From positions 1-30,936 of IMG/VR virus record IMGVR_UViG_3300025637_000039: DNA of 30,936 nucleotides. The stretch is one strand, 5' to 3'. The position numbers and the translations under genes were made by a program. Positions within the stretch are counted from its first letter, which is position 1, and each line of letters begins with the position of its first letter. The notes beneath the pieces were generated by a model. That model was not told where the DNA came from. It saw only the letters and a list, made by a program, of their open reading frames with translations, and searched no databases. This document shows positions 9,096 to 19,364 of this stretch, one piece after another. This DNA is from a virus. Taxonomy: Duplodnaviria; Caudoviricetes.

Positions 9096-9133
9096 ATAAT
9101 ATACCGGCTGCATTAAGTGGTCGGTTATATTAT
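9096..9133 (+). terminator. Intergenic stem-loop (terminator or processing site)
   Basis: ATAATAT-ACCGGCTGC-ATTAA-GTGGTCGGT-TATATTAT. The stem has G-U pairs and only a weak U-tract. Confidence 0.5.
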
Positions 9134-9151
9134 AATAAAAAAAACAAAATA

Positions 9152-10090
9152 ATGGCTATAAACGTAGATTTAGTTTATAAAACTGTGTTGCTAATACTTA
9201 ATCAGCAACAAAGAGGGTACATAACTCCAGACGAATTTAATAAAGTTGGTAATCAAGTTCAGTTAGGTATATTTGAAAAATATATGAGCGATCTTAACCA
9301 GCAACTACGTATACCAGAAAACGATAGCGAATATGCTAACAGAGTAAAAAATCTAGAAGAAAAACTAGATATTTTTAAAAGAATAGGTACAGCAACTTTT
9401 GCTACGCCTTATTTTAACTTACCAACAACTTCCACTACTGCAACATCTACTCAAACATTTACAGTACCGGCTTTACCAAATCCAGCTACAAATACAATAT
9501 ATAATGTAACTAACTGGTCTCCTTCACAATCACAAAATGCTTTAATTAAAGTTTTTAAAAATGGAGTACTACAAACATCTCCAGCACAATATTCTTTTAA
9601 CACAACATCAAATAACATAACTTTTGTTACTGCTCCTGCTATTAATGATATTATAATAGCGGAATTATATCCATCTGATTTTTACAGACTAGGTACAGTT
9701 ATATACAAAAATGATACCTTAGTTCAAATGGTAGAACGTAATGAATTTTATTTAATTCAAAGATCGCCATTAACAGCGGCTACAAAAGTTCAGCCTATAT
9801 TTTTATATGAAGATGAAAAGCTACAAGTTTTTCCTACAACTATAACTTCTGATATCAGTGTTTCTTATATAAAGAAACCTAATCAACCACAATGGGGATA
9901 TTCTATTGGATCTTTAGGTCAATTCTTATATAATCCATCATCATCTACAAATTTTGAACTTCATGTATCAGAGCAAGTAGATCTAATAACAGGTATATTA
10001 TTGTACTCAGGAGTTATAATACAAGATCCTACTATAATACAAGTAGCATCGCAACAAATACAACAAGAAGACATAAACGAAAAATCATAA
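9152..10090 (+). CDS. Tail ring / head-tail adaptor protein with an inserted small beta domain
   Basis: 312 aa. N-terminus VDLVYKTVLLILNQQQRGYITPDEFN and C-terminal YIKKPNQPQW...FELH fit crAss-like ring/P22 gp4-like proteins. Confidence 0.6.
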   Translation: MAINVDLVYKTVLLILNQQQRGYITPDEFNKVGNQVQLGIFEKYMSDLNQQLRIPENDSEYANRVKNLEEKLDIFKRIGTATFATPYFNLPTTSTTATSTQTFTVPALPNPATNTIYNVTNWSPSQSQNALIKVFKNGVLQTSPAQYSFNTTSNNITFVTAPAINDIIIAELYPSDFYRLGTVIYKNDTLVQMVERNEFYLIQRSPLTAATKVQPIFLYEDEKLQVFPTTITSDISVSYIKKPNQPQWGYSIGSLGQFLYNPSSSTNFELHVSEQVDLITGILLYSGVIIQDPTIIQVASQQIQQEDINEKS

Positions 10091-10096
10091 TAACAC

Positions 10097-11308
10097 ATGG
10101 GATTAATAACTGAAAGTAATCAGCAGTACTATGCAGGCTCTCAAAGGTTTCTATCTGCAGCCGGTCTTGGCCAGTCATTTACAACTACATTTGATACTGA
10201 GTTAGTTTTAGGTAGCAGTGATCCTTTACAGACTAACTATGCTTTAAATAATTTTAAACTATATACCGCTGCGCCAGGTGTTTTAACATATACCGAGTAC
10301 GTGTTACCATACACAGTTGCTAATAACGTAATAACTATAGATGGAAACTTAGCAGCTAATACAAGTATAGTAGTTCAATTAAAATCTTTAAACGGAGGTC
10401 AATACGGGAACAGAGATGCTTTTGGTCAAGCTGTTGAAGACAATTACGATAGTTATTCTTATATAAAACTTAGAGATATTATAAATAACTTTCAGGTAGC
10501 TTATGTAGGTACTGGTAAATTAATACCAAGCTGCAAAAGAACCGACATTATATTTCATGCTAAAAGAGGTTTACAGGAATTTAGTTATGATACATTAAAT
10601 AGTATAAAGTCTCAAGAGTTAAACATCCCCCCTAGTTTAAGCGTTGTTATACCTCAAGACTATGTAAATTATGTTAAGATGTCATGGATAGATCATTTAG
10701 GTGTAAAAAGACCTATATATCCAGCTAACAATTTAACTATAAATCCTTTTTCAACACCATTACAAGATAATTTAGGCTTACCTACCCAAGATAATTTTGG
10801 CGAAAATCTAGAAGGAACTTCAATAACAGAAGAAAGATGGGCTAAGGCTAATGATAACTTAATAAACGGTAGGGAAATTATTGACAATGCTTATATTGCT
10901 TTTGATGCTTATGGTAGATTTAATGGAATAGACGGAGCTCTTGGTCAACAGTATGGGTTAGATCCTCAATATTCCCAAATCAACGGATGGTTTGGTATAA
11001 ATCACAGAGAAGGAAAGTTTTCTTTTTCAAGTAACTTAGCTAATAAGTTGATAGTGTTGGAATACATTTCTGATGGATTAGCTTACGATGAAGACACTAA
11101 AGTACCAAAGATGGCTGAAGAAGCCTTATATGCTCATATAAGCCACGCTATTGTAGCTTCCAGAATAAATCAACCTGAATATATAGTTAGAAGATTAAAG
11201 CAAGAAAGAAGCTCTAAATTAAGAAATGCTAAAATAAGATTATCAAACATTAAGCTTGACGAAATAGTTCAAACAATGAGAGGTAAATCTAAATGGATTA
11301 AACACTAA
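10097..11308 (+). CDS. Tail tubular / ring protein
   Basis: 403 aa with IFHAKRGLQEFSYD, IPQDYVNYVKMS and LEYISDGL...VPKMAEEALYAHI motifs. Sits in the tail module before the stabilisation protein. Confidence 0.6.
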   Translation: MGLITESNQQYYAGSQRFLSAAGLGQSFTTTFDTELVLGSSDPLQTNYALNNFKLYTAAPGVLTYTEYVLPYTVANNVITIDGNLAANTSIVVQLKSLNGGQYGNRDAFGQAVEDNYDSYSYIKLRDIINNFQVAYVGTGKLIPSCKRTDIIFHAKRGLQEFSYDTLNSIKSQELNIPPSLSVVIPQDYVNYVKMSWIDHLGVKRPIYPANNLTINPFSTPLQDNLGLPTQDNFGENLEGTSITEERWAKANDNLINGREIIDNAYIAFDAYGRFNGIDGALGQQYGLDPQYSQINGWFGINHREGKFSFSSNLANKLIVLEYISDGLAYDEDTKVPKMAEEALYAHISHAIVASRINQPEYIVRRLKQERSSKLRNAKIRLSNIKLDEIVQTMRGKSKWIKH

Positions 11309-11314
11309 AATTAA

Positions 11315-14300
11315 ATGGCTGAAGTTAAAAATACTTTTCTTAAGGGGAAAATGAACCAAGATCTTGACTCTCGTATTGTGCCTAATGGTGAATATAGAGA
11401 AGCTAGAAACTTATCTATAAGTAGATCAGAAGGGTCTACAGTGGGTGAGTTTGAAAATGTTTTAGGTAATATAGCTATATCTAGTTTAACCTCTATAGGA
11501 GCGCCTGCTACAACAGAAATAATTGGTAAACTTATTGATGAGAATTCAAACATGGCTTACTTTATGGCTACTGATTGGAATCCAGGTGATGAATCTAGGG
11601 CTCCAGGAACAGCTAAGTGTTATATAGTAAGTGTAGACCTGTCTTCAACAAACCCCCCTTTAATACTGGTTCAAGGTAGTTTTTTAAATTTTAATCAAGG
11701 GTACATAATAACTGGTATAAATTTAATTGAAAATTTATTGTTTTGGACAGACAATTTAAACCAACCAAGAAAAATAAATGTTTCTTTAGCAACTAGTAAT
11801 TCATCTCATTACACAACAGAAGATCAAATATCTGTAGCTAAATATGCTCCCTTTGAGCCAATACTAGCTATGGAGAGGGTGCAAACAACTTTAAATGGGG
11901 ACGTTACAGCTTCCGATACTATAGTTGTAGCAGATTCTACCGGTATAAAAGTAGGTGATATTGTTACTGATAAAGTAAAACTTGGTGCACAACAAATATT
12001 AGAATTAGTTACAGTTATAGGAAAACCTGCTGTAGATCCGCTAGCTATTCCTCCTGTTGCAGCAAACACATTAACATTATCTATTCCTGTTACTATAATA
12101 GATGGTACTCCTTTAGATTTCAGCAGACCTTCTATGACTAATAAGAATAGATTATTTATGTCTAATCATTCTTCAGGTGCTGTAACAATTATTCCTTCTC
12201 CGGCTTTACCAACACCTAATCCAATAACAGCTGTATACACTATAAGCGCAACCGGAGCTGATGTTGATTTTTTATACAGCGGTAATAACGGAATACCTAA
12301 AGTAGGTGATTTAGTTAGTGGGCCAGGAATAGATCCTGATACTAGAGTTTCTTTTGTTGAGGTGCTAGACAATGACGCGGTCACACCTTCACAATCTATA
12401 TCTATAAAACTAAATAAAGAAACTACAACTGCTGATTCAGATGTTATATCAATAAGCGATAACCCTGATTATGACGCTAATTGGAAAGGTGATGAAAATT
12501 TTTTAGAGGATAAGTTTGTAAGGTTTAGTTATAGGTTTAAATTTGAAGATAACGAATATTCTTTAATGGCGCCTTTTAGCCAACCTATGTTTATACCAAA
12601 ACAATACAGTCAATTTGGCGGAGGCTTGTTATCTCCTACAGAAGATATGGATGACGCTTATAAATCTACTATAGTTGCTTGGTTTGAAAATAACATAAAC
12701 AATATATTGCTAAGAATTCCAGTAATGGAAGATACACCAGAAAATTTAATCAGTAACTTTAAAATAACAGATATTGATATATTATATAAAGAGTCTGACG
12801 CTTTAGCGGTAAAAGTACTTGAAACAGTACAATTGTCTAATCCATCACCTACCTTTTCCTCAATAGCATTTCACGATGCTATTCACGGTATAAATACTAA
12901 ATACTTTTTAGACTACGATTATAGCTCTACGAAGCCATATAAAACATTACCCAGCAATCAAGTAACTAGGGTATCAGATAGAGTTCCAGTAAGAGCTCTT
13001 GCTCAAGAAGTTATAGGTAACAGAATAGTTTATGGAAATTACTTAGACAGACACACGGGGCCGAACTCAATAGCTTTTAGCGCAAACGCTAGTAACAAAT
13101 CTATAAAGTTTGATAATTATACTCAATTCCCAAAACATCAATTAAAACAAAACAGAACGTATCAAGTAGGCTTTGTACTTTCAGACAGATACGGTAGACA
13201 ATCAGATGTTATTTTATCATCTTATGACAATGTTCCGGGCATATCGGGATCTACTGTTTTTAATCCTTACAATAACTTAGCCGAGCAAACCGCTACCCCA
13301 ATTTTAGATTGGCTAGGAGATGCTTTAGTAGTTACTTTAAATGAAGCTGTACAGTCAACCTACAATCCAGCTACAGGAACTCCTGGTATATATTCTATTG
13401 ATAATCCTTTAGGTTGGTTTTCTTACAAAATAGTAGTAAAGCAAACAGAACAAGAATATTATAATGTTTATTTACCTGGTTTTGTTAACGGCTATCCTGT
13501 TACTGAAAATAATGAAAGAAATAAAAGTTTTTTCACAACTCTTTTAGGTGACAATGTAAATAAAATACCTAGAAATCTAAAGGAAGTAGGCCCTAATGAT
13601 AGAGATTTCGGAAGTGATGAAGGTCTATATATTAGAGTTAATAATCCGCTTATAAATAATAAAAGCGGTGCAATATATCCAAAAACTGAAGCATGGAACG
13701 CTCAGTACTATCCAGCTGGAATAGAGCAAGAGGTTATACAAATAGCTACAGTCAGAGACATGGAAATACAAGCTATACCTTTCAAGCCAGACGCGCAAAA
13801 AGGAGAGTATGGAGAATCTAAGATATTAAGTGTCTATGAGTATGAGAATCCTCCTTACGGCGGTGCTATATCAGGTGTAAATGAAACACCTGAACCTACA
13901 GGTTCTATACCTTGGGGAACTTCAGGACCAGATGCACCTTTATACAGTGCAGATTCAAATCCTTTTGTTATGAAAGGCAATCAATCAGAAAATATAAATA
14001 ATCCAATAGGTGCTTATGTTACTACCTTCTCTGTAAACGCTCCGCCCCCGCCTCCTGATCGTCCTGTATTTTCTATGGTACCTTTCTTATCCGTAGCTGA
14101 AACAGAGCCAGTTGAATCTTTATTAGATATATTTTTTGAAACGTCGTTATCTGGAAATTTAGCAGAATTAAATGCTTTAGTTGATTCTGAGTATGGAGGA
14201 TTAACAAGTTCTAATTTTGCAGCTGCTGACTTTTTTGAAAATGCAGCAATTTCAACTATAGTAGGAACACCTTTCCAGTTTTTAGACGGCGCAGGGACTG

Positions 14301-15511
14301 CTATAAATGCTTCTCTTGTTAATATAGATAGTATAAGTATAATAGATGGAAATAATATAGCTTCAGATCCTAATAACCTTCCTTTTACGATAACACAAAA
14401 CGGAACAAGTTTTGAAATTAAAACTAACACTACATTTTTTTATGATACCACTGTAGATTTAGGTTATACAGGCGTATATACTATAACAGCTAACACAACT
14501 TATACTAGTGGTGCTGGAACTTTTCCTGACACTATAATATTACCAAAGATATCGTTAAAAAATTCAGCTCCTGTAATAAGTGCATTTACACAACCTACAA
14601 ATAGAACAACGCAAGCAAACCAAATTATAATAAATACATTAGCAGCTGTAAACGGTAGCGCAAAAACAAGTGTTAATACTCGAGAATTAGCATGGTCATT
14701 AGATCCGAGTAGAACAGATTTTTCTATAGATGAAAATACAGGTGATTTAACTTCTACTGAAGAATTAATTGACGATACGCTTTACAATGTGATAGTCAAG
14801 GTAACTGATCTTAATGGTAATGGCTCACCTAATGAGTTATCAGATACAGCAACCGTAACTTTCCAAGTTGGAGAACCTAGAGTAAACAGAGCTTTATGTG
14901 AAGGAAGCGGAGGGGCTTCGTTTACACCGATTACTACTTGTGGAGATAATTTACAAGTCCAATTTTTAAAGAGTAGCACGCTAGTTAATTTGGGGCCGCA
15001 AACGGTAGTAGGTCCGTCGAAAACAGTAACATATCCAGCTACAAGTAAAATAGACGGAAACATTTATAATGTACTTGCTAAAAATGATGGAAGTGCATCA
15101 TTGCCTCCGGTAACACATACAACAGGAGCTCTGGAACAAGGAGCGGTGGCTATAACATGTACTCTTACTAATGCAGGCGGTAGTGCAGGGCAAGAAGATG
15201 ATATTATTGGATTTACGATCCAATATAAACCTATTGGATCTGGTAGCTGGAGTCAAGCTACTGAGCTTATAGGTGGAGAACAAGAGTTTGTATACAACGA
15301 AGAATTACAAGTAGGAGTTGATGCTGCTGTTTCTATAACAAAGATTTTTAATGTTGCTGGAGAATATAGGGTTTTAACCACAACAATAACTGGTGGCCAA
15401 TGCTCTTTAGGTCCTCCAGATGATCAATTCACTAAGTTTACAGTTGATTTTGAAGATGCGAATTATCCTAGATCAAATCCGAGTAATTCATGTACTGATG
15501 CTCCGTTGTAA
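11315..15511 (+). CDS. Tail stabilisation (muzzle/nozzle-like) protein, N-terminal part, with inserted domains and a C-terminal cadherin/Ig-like region
   Basis: 1398 aa. Motifs typical of crAss-like stabilisation proteins: GKMNQDLDSR...EYREARN...ENVLGN, LLFWTDNLNQPRKIN, FSYRFKFEDNEYS, AQEVIGNRIVYGNY and NRTYQVGFVLSDRYGRQS. Confidence 0.7.
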   Translation: MAEVKNTFLKGKMNQDLDSRIVPNGEYREARNLSISRSEGSTVGEFENVLGNIAISSLTSIGAPATTEIIGKLIDENSNMAYFMATDWNPGDESRAPGTAKCYIVSVDLSSTNPPLILVQGSFLNFNQGYIITGINLIENLLFWTDNLNQPRKINVSLATSNSSHYTTEDQISVAKYAPFEPILAMERVQTTLNGDVTASDTIVVADSTGIKVGDIVTDKVKLGAQQILELVTVIGKPAVDPLAIPPVAANTLTLSIPVTIIDGTPLDFSRPSMTNKNRLFMSNHSSGAVTIIPSPALPTPNPITAVYTISATGADVDFLYSGNNGIPKVGDLVSGPGIDPDTRVSFVEVLDNDAVTPSQSISIKLNKETTTADSDVISISDNPDYDANWKGDENFLEDKFVRFSYRFKFEDNEYSLMAPFSQPMFIPKQYSQFGGGLLSPTEDMDDAYKSTIVAWFENNINNILLRIPVMEDTPENLISNFKITDIDILYKESDALAVKVLETVQLSNPSPTFSSIAFHDAIHGINTKYFLDYDYSSTKPYKTLPSNQVTRVSDRVPVRALAQEVIGNRIVYGNYLDRHTGPNSIAFSANASNKSIKFDNYTQFPKHQLKQNRTYQVGFVLSDRYGRQSDVILSSYDNVPGISGSTVFNPYNNLAEQTATPILDWLGDALVVTLNEAVQSTYNPATGTPGIYSIDNPLGWFSYKIVVKQTEQEYYNVYLPGFVNGYPVTENNERNKSFFTTLLGDNVNKIPRNLKEVGPNDRDFGSDEGLYIRVNNPLINNKSGAIYPKTEAWNAQYYPAGIEQEVIQIATVRDMEIQAIPFKPDAQKGEYGESKILSVYEYENPPYGGAISGVNETPEPTGSIPWGTSGPDAPLYSADSNPFVMKGNQSENINNPIGAYVTTFSVNAPPPPPDRPVFSMVPFLSVAETEPVESLLDIFFETSLSGNLAELNALVDSEYGGLTSSNFAAADFFENAAISTIVGTPFQFLDGAGTAINASLVNIDSISIIDGNNIASDPNNLPFTITQNGTSFEIKTNTTFFYDTTVDLGYTGVYTITANTTYTSGAGTFPDTIILPKISLKNSAPVISAFTQPTNRTTQANQIIINTLAAVNGSAKTSVNTRELAWSLDPSRTDFSIDENTGDLTSTEELIDDTLYNVIVKVTDLNGNGSPNELSDTATVTFQVGEPRVNRALCEGSGGASFTPITTCGDNLQVQFLKSSTLVNLGPQTVVGPSKTVTYPATSKIDGNIYNVLAKNDGSASLPPVTHTTGALEQGAVAITCTLTNAGGSAGQEDDIIGFTIQYKPIGSGSWSQATELIGGEQEFVYNEELQVGVDAAVSITKIFNVAGEYRVLTTTITGGQCSLGPPDDQFTKFTVDFEDANYPRSNPSNSCTDAPL

Positions 15512-15541
15512 TAAAAGAAAAAAACAAGTAATAAATATAAT

Positions 15542-17170
15542 ATGCCAATAACATTAGAAGTAGGATATTTTAACTCATTTTACATGAAGAGATTAGCTGA
15601 TCTTCCTATAGGTAATGGTGAAACAGGAGCTACAAATTATACAACTCCAACCACTAGCATAGTGCAAGAAGATTGGTATATAGAAGAGTCTAGAATACGA
15701 GGAGGTTATAATAATGTATCAACAGATTTAGGTGTAAAAGCTTATATCGTAGAAGATAACGATGCACAACAACGTAGAAAAAATTCATTAATATATTCAG
15801 GAGTATTTAATTCTAGAACAGGTGTAAACCAGTCTAATCAATTTAGTACAGCTGAAGAAACAACTAGAAGTGTTGATCCAGCCGGGGGAAGTATACAAAA
15901 GCTTTATGCTGAAGATACAAACTTAATAATATTTCAAGAGGATAAAGTAAACAGAGCTTTAATAGACAAAGATGCAATATATTCAGCAGAAGGATCTGCT
16001 ATAACAACTACAGCTAATTTAGTTATAGGTCAAATAGTCGCTTATGCTGGAGAATATGGAATATCAACTAACCCAGAATCTTTTGCTGTTTACGGATATC
16101 AAAAATATTTTGCTGATCGTAATAGAAACGCTGTATTAAGATTATCTAGAGATGGTATAACTGAAATATCTAACTACGGAATGATCGATTTCTTTAGAGA
16201 TAAGTTATCTTTAGTTGGAACAACTGGAAAAATAATAGGTTCTTACGATATATATAATAAAAATTACATAATATCTTTACAAGAAGCTAATAATAATAAT
16301 TACAATACACTAGGTTTTGAAGAAGCCACTAATGGTTGGATTAGTTTTTATGACTACAATCCAAGTAGCGGGTTTAGTTCGCAAGGTCAGTTTTTCACAA
16401 CCAACGGTACATCGGTATGGAAACACTATTCTACCGCTGTTAATAGAAGTAATTTTTACGGTACAGATAATAAGTCTTCTGTTAAACTAATATTAAATCC
16501 TGATCCTACAAGAGTAAAAACATTCAAGACAATAGACTATGAAGGCACGAGCGGATGGGAAGTTATATCTTTAATTTCAGATGATACAGGTACAGATTTT
16601 GTCAACGGAGTATGGGTTAATAATAGTGAGAAAGGAACTAGCACTGCTGATCCAGCAACTTTTACTATAACAAACGGTGGAAGCGGGTTTTATGTTACAG
16701 GTAACAATGTAGGTACTTCAACAGATGGATTTGGTGTTGGAATGAAAGTCAATATAGTTGTAGGCGGTGGCGGTGGTGTAAGCCAAATATCTATAATTGA
16801 TCCTGGATTTGGATATCAGCCAGGAGATGTGCAACAAATAGACATAAATAGCGGAAGCGCTATTGGAGTTTATGCTACATTTGTATTAGATACATATACT
16901 AACATATATAGTAGAATTTATAGTTACAATGAAGGTTTATATTTTGAAAGCAATATTCCTTATAGAGCTGGGTTTGATAGAAAACAAAACAGATATGTTG
17001 CCCCTATATTAAATAATTCACCAAACCCTTTACCTGGTCAAGTATTATCCGGACCTAGTAATACAGGTATAAAAGCTTATTATACAACAGTAACAATGCA
17101 AACAGATACTACTACAAATCCAGGTGGATTAAAAGAGTTGTTCGCAGTAGGATCAACATACGGAAGATAA
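15542..17170 (+). CDS. Tail stabilisation protein, C-terminal-like part (beta-propeller-type)
   Basis: 542 aa with IEESRIRGGYN, LIYSGVFNSRTGVN, GSIQKL and GEYGISTNPESFAVYG...YFADRNRNAVLRLSRDGITEIS, typical of the C-terminal half of P22 gp10-like/crAss muzzle proteins. Confidence 0.65.
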   Translation: MPITLEVGYFNSFYMKRLADLPIGNGETGATNYTTPTTSIVQEDWYIEESRIRGGYNNVSTDLGVKAYIVEDNDAQQRRKNSLIYSGVFNSRTGVNQSNQFSTAEETTRSVDPAGGSIQKLYAEDTNLIIFQEDKVNRALIDKDAIYSAEGSAITTTANLVIGQIVAYAGEYGISTNPESFAVYGYQKYFADRNRNAVLRLSRDGITEISNYGMIDFFRDKLSLVGTTGKIIGSYDIYNKNYIISLQEANNNNYNTLGFEEATNGWISFYDYNPSSGFSSQGQFFTTNGTSVWKHYSTAVNRSNFYGTDNKSSVKLILNPDPTRVKTFKTIDYEGTSGWEVISLISDDTGTDFVNGVWVNNSEKGTSTADPATFTITNGGSGFYVTGNNVGTSTDGFGVGMKVNIVVGGGGGVSQISIIDPGFGYQPGDVQQIDINSGSAIGVYATFVLDTYTNIYSRIYSYNEGLYFESNIPYRAGFDRKQNRYVAPILNNSPNPLPGQVLSGPSNTGIKAYYTTVTMQTDTTTNPGGLKELFAVGSTYGR

Positions 17171-17181
17171 AAACAAATAAC

Positions 17182-17958
17182 ATGATAGAATTTTTAGAAA
17201 TATTTTTATTTGGGCAAGGTAATGTCCAGCAAGCGCTTGTTCCAATAGGAGTTGCTATTGCGGGCGCTGCGCTTAATGTAATTGGCGGTATTATTGGAGG
17301 AGGTGCAGCTAAAAAAAGAGAAAGAGCAGCTAGAAGAGAAAAAGCGCGACTTACTAGAAAGTTAAATTATTTAGAAAACAACAGGCAAGCAATAATAAAC
17401 CCCGCGGACGGAGTTTCAAATTTAAGCGGGCTAGCGCAAGATTTAAGCGGACAATTAACAAATCCAATGGCTAACCTAAGTGTAGCAACACAAGCTGCTG
17501 AAATACAAATTGAACAAGCTGATATAGCACTAGCTAATACTTTGGACACTATAAGAGCAACAGGAGCAGGGGCTGGAGGAGCTACGGCTTTAGCGCAAGC
17601 GGCTTTAGCGAGCAAGAAAGGAGTTTCAGCAAATATAGAACAACAAGAAGCTCAAAATGAAAGACTAAGAGCTCAGGGAGAACAACAATTGCAACAGCAA
17701 AGAATGGCCGAACAACAAAGAGTTCAAGGTTTGCAAATCAGCGAAGGCGGTAGAGTGCAAGGAATGGAAATGCAAGGTAGACAATTTGAATTTCAAACAC
17801 AAGAAAACAGAGAAGATGCTAAATTAGATAGAGTTTCCACTCAACTAGCAGGAGCACAAGCAAGACAGGCTCAGGCAGCTTCAGACAGAACAGGAGCTAT
17901 TACAGGTGCAATTGGAGGCTTAACTTCTATTGCGGGTGCATATTACGGAGCAAAATGA
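17182..17958 (+). CDS. Putative internal virion / DNA ejection (pilot) protein
   Basis: 258 aa with G/A-rich hydrophobic segments at both ends (IGVAIAGAALNVIGGIIGGG; GAITGAIGGLTSIAGAYYG) and a Q-rich coiled coil, as in podovirus ejection proteins. Confidence 0.6.
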   Translation: MIEFLEIFLFGQGNVQQALVPIGVAIAGAALNVIGGIIGGGAAKKRERAARREKARLTRKLNYLENNRQAIINPADGVSNLSGLAQDLSGQLTNPMANLSVATQAAEIQIEQADIALANTLDTIRATGAGAGGATALAQAALASKKGVSANIEQQEAQNERLRAQGEQQLQQQRMAEQQRVQGLQISEGGRVQGMEMQGRQFEFQTQENREDAKLDRVSTQLAGAQARQAQAASDRTGAITGAIGGLTSIAGAYYGAK

Positions 17959-17975
17959 TCATAAAAAATTAAAAC

Positions 17976-19328
17976 ATGAGTTATAGAAATCCAAAACAAG
18001 TAGTAGACACACAATCAGGACAGTATGTTAGAGATATGCTTAAATCTGTTACTAGTTCAGCTGTTGGTGCAATAAAAGCACAGCAAGCAAAAGAGGAAAA
18101 AAGACAAAAAGAATTAAGGGAAAATGAAGAACAGAATATAGCTTTTTATAGAAAAACTATTCAAGCTCAAGCAAAAATAGCTAATAGCGCCAACGCAGAA
18201 GATGTTAAAAATAGTGGAACTGACTGGGCTAGTGCTATTATGGAAGGTATAGATGAGTATGGTGAATTATATATGAAGTCTCTTAAATATCCTTTACAAT
18301 TTTCAGCTGAAGATACTTTAAAAATGTCTTCTTTGGCTAATATGGGAACTCAAATTAAACGGCAAGCAGTAGAAGATCAAGCTGATATGGACACACTTCA
18401 AAGCGGTTTTGAAGCAGGGCCTGGTCAATATGGAGGGTTTGGTAAGTTTGTAAATAAAGATATTATAAAAAGATTAGCTATTCAGGGTAAACTAGGTGCA
18501 ACCCCTGGTAGCTCTGTTGGTTCATTCTATAATGACCCAAAAACAGGTGGGTTAATGACTAAAGTTACGTCTTATGATGCGGATGGAAACAAAATAGGTA
18601 CTAATGCTAACGGAGGGAATATAACGGATTATATAGTACCTAATCCCACTGAAAACATGCAAAGTATTAAAGCAGCTGTTAAACAAAGAAATGATGATTA
18701 CTTTAAAGATCAAAAAATTCAATCAAATTTTAATAAGGATACAAAGGAAACCATTAAGTCACAATTTCCTAACAGAGCTGCATTGATAGCTGATATTAGA
18801 GCTTTATCTGACGGTTATATTGAAGGTTTAGGAGCAAATTCAGCTATAAGATTGCGTAATAATAAAATGCTGGGCTATATTAAAGACGAAAACGGAAAAA
18901 CTGTAAAAGATCCTTCCATAATAGATCCTGACAAAGCTATGTGGGATATGGATAAGCAAGGTAATGTAATAGACCCACAACTTAAGCAAATTAAAATAGC
19001 GTATGCAGAAATGTTAATAGATGAAATGGGATTAGGAAAAGATGAAAAAATTGTTGCTAGAATAAAAGAAACATCGAAAGAAAAAACCCCTTACCAAAAA
19101 GCTATAGACAAGCTAGCTCCTAAAATTAAAGTATCAGCAAAAGACACGTGGGTACTTAAAGGTGAAGGGGATAATAGATATTATGAATTACCTCCTCCAA
19201 GGGACTCCAACAACATGGATATAGGAAAATCTAAAAAAGTAAATGTGTTTTTGTTTGATGATAGTGGTAAAAACATAGGTAAAAACATACTTGGAATGAG
19301 GTCTGAAATGGTTACAGTTACAGACTAA
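17976..19328 (+). CDS. Putative internal virion protein
   Basis: 450 aa starting MSYRNPKQVVD with an N-terminal coiled coil, located between the pilot-like protein and the giant protein. Confidence 0.5.
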   Translation: MSYRNPKQVVDTQSGQYVRDMLKSVTSSAVGAIKAQQAKEEKRQKELRENEEQNIAFYRKTIQAQAKIANSANAEDVKNSGTDWASAIMEGIDEYGELYMKSLKYPLQFSAEDTLKMSSLANMGTQIKRQAVEDQADMDTLQSGFEAGPGQYGGFGKFVNKDIIKRLAIQGKLGATPGSSVGSFYNDPKTGGLMTKVTSYDADGNKIGTNANGGNITDYIVPNPTENMQSIKAAVKQRNDDYFKDQKIQSNFNKDTKETIKSQFPNRAALIADIRALSDGYIEGLGANSAIRLRNNKMLGYIKDENGKTVKDPSIIDPDKAMWDMDKQGNVIDPQLKQIKIAYAEMLIDEMGLGKDEKIVARIKETSKEKTPYQKAIDKLAPKIKVSAKDTWVLKGEGDNRYYELPPPRDSNNMDIGKSKKVNVFLFDDSGKNIGKNILGMRSEMVTVTD

Positions 19329-19364
19329 TAATTAAATTAAATAACAATACAAAACAAATAAAGC

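Noticed and set aside
15509-15544. Stop-codon readthrough fusing the two tail stabilisation ORFs
   Set aside because: The ORFs are in frame, but tandem TAA TAA and a good independent start context make readthrough unlikely.
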